Below are positions 63,144 through 64,000 of a stretch of DNA of 64,000 nucleotides, in pieces. Position 1 is the stretch's first letter; each line of letters opens with the position of its first letter. A model generated the notes under the pieces. It searched no databases, was not told the DNA's origin, and worked only from the letters and a program-made list of their open reading frames with translations. This DNA comes from an uncultured Candidatus Binatia bacterium (lineage in GTDB: Bacteria; Desulfobacterota; Binatia; UBA9968; JAJDTQ01). Location: the NCBI GenBank assembly GCA_965204505.1, contig CBDBFB010000003.1, forward strand, positions 911,705 to 975,704, written 5' to 3'. A program made the translations under genes and the position numbers.

Positions 63144-63300
63144 CCGGGGCGACCGCCGGTCGCCCCTACGGGATTACACCGCGACATTCCGGCCACTGTA
63201 CGGGCGACCGCCGGCTGGCGCCACGGGATCACACCGCGACGTTGCGGCGGTTGTAGGGGCAACCGGCGGTCGCCCTTGCAGGATTACGGCACAACGTAGG
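63144..63300. repeat. BIME-like array of three GTAG-type REPs with related linkers
   Basis: REPs at 63144-63169, 63198-63224 (degenerate) and 63253-63279; linker GGGAT(T/C)ACACCGCGAC repeated at about 55-nt period. Confidence 0.8.
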
Positions 63301-63311
63301 CTCCTATCGCG

Positions 63312-64000
63312 TTACGGTTCGTAGGACAAGTTGGAACGCACCAGGTTGCTGATGCGCCCGTGCATGGGATTCTTGAGCTCCTCGCCGATGTGGGCCATGG
63401 CGCCGAGGGTGCGGCCGATGAGGGCGAAGGCCTTGGCCATCTGCCACTGGAGCCCCATGTCCGAGGCGATGGCGGCGATGGCGCCGGTGACGTTGATGGG
63501 GAGGCCCCGGTTGTGGCGCGCCTCCGCGGCCTTCTTGATCTCTTCCAGCAGATCGCAGTAGCGCCCGCGCACGCCGGTCTCGGCGGCGATCTCGTACAGC
63601 CGGTCGGCGCGGGGGTCGCCTTCGGAGTGGGTGGCGTGGCCGATGCCGGCGATACGCTGCTTGCGGATGGCGTGGTCTTCCACCACCCCCTGGGCGGTGG
63701 TCGCCAGATCGGCGCCGTCGCTTCCCAACGGCAGCGCGTCCTGCAGCATCTTCGCGCAGTACTCGGACGAGCCCAGGTGGACGCTGCCGGCCCCCAACAG
63801 CGCGGCGGCTACCGCCCCCTGAATGGCCTCGGGCGCCGTCGACACGGTAAAGCGGGCGGCGATGATGTTGCCCACCATGCCGTGCTCCACCAGCACGTTG
63901 AGCAGCGCGTCGGTCATGCGCCCCTCGTCCTCGCTGGGAATGCGCCCCACCAGCATCAGGAACGTCATCTGTCCGAAGCTGAGCTTGCCGAGGATGTCCT
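63312..64000 (-). CDS. Citryl-CoA lyase / citrate synthase-family protein (5' end outside window)
   Basis: LVEHG, PEAIQGAVAA, IAGIGH, GDPRA, LPINVTGAIAA, MAHIGEE. Confidence 0.85.
   Translation of the reverse strand, partial: DILGKLSFGQMTFLMLVGRIPSEDEGRMTDALLNVLVEHGMVGNIIAARFTVSTAPEAIQGAVAAALLGAGSVHLGSSEYCAKMLQDALPLGSDGADLATTAQGVVEDHAIRKQRIAGIGHATHSEGDPRADRLYEIAAETGVRGRYCDLLEEIKKAAEARHNRGLPINVTGAIAAIASDMGLQWQMAKAFALIGRTLGAMAHIGEELKNPMHGRISNLVRSNLSYEP

Noticed and set aside
63144-63300. Possible CRISPR array (about 27-bp palindromic repeats at regular spacing)
   Set aside because: Spacers resemble each other, repeats are degenerate and match REPs dispersed through the window, and no cas genes are present

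Overview
High-GC bacterial chromosomal window. The gene order (ispE-spoVG-tRNA-Gln-prs-rplY-pth; rpsF-rpsR-DUF2232-rplI; ccsA-hemA-hemC-hemD-hemB) and the many amidohydrolase, CoA-transferase and ComDE-type genes suggest a Deltaproteobacteria/Binatota-like organism (inference). Contents in order: end of an sdhAB operon, an SDR, a split transketolase whose C-terminal gene is frameshifted, an intact IS1634-family element with a CTAG target duplication, a ribosomal/housekeeping cluster containing a membrane pyrophosphatase, a decarboxylase-rich catabolic cluster, gor, cytochromes c, a family-B DNA polymerase homologue, heme biosynthesis genes, an MltD-type transglycosylase, a Gld-like ABC system, a lower-GC toxin-antitoxin/HEPN islet, a lexA-imuA-imuB-dnaE2 mutagenesis cassette, an MNT-HEPN pair and further catabolic/ABC genes. 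At least five families of short palindromic repeats fill the intergenic space. Most notable observations: (1) the PolB homologue keeps all three 3'-5' exonuclease motifs but its polymerase motifs are degenerate, including loss of the motif C catalytic Asp, within an intact 740-codon ORF; (2) a perfect CCAGACT-N2-AGTCTGG palindrome just before lexA is a candidate new SOS box; (3) an uncharacterised DUF433-PIN-helical-HEPN-like gene string runs divergently from lexA. All family assignments are from motif recognition; no database searches were run.
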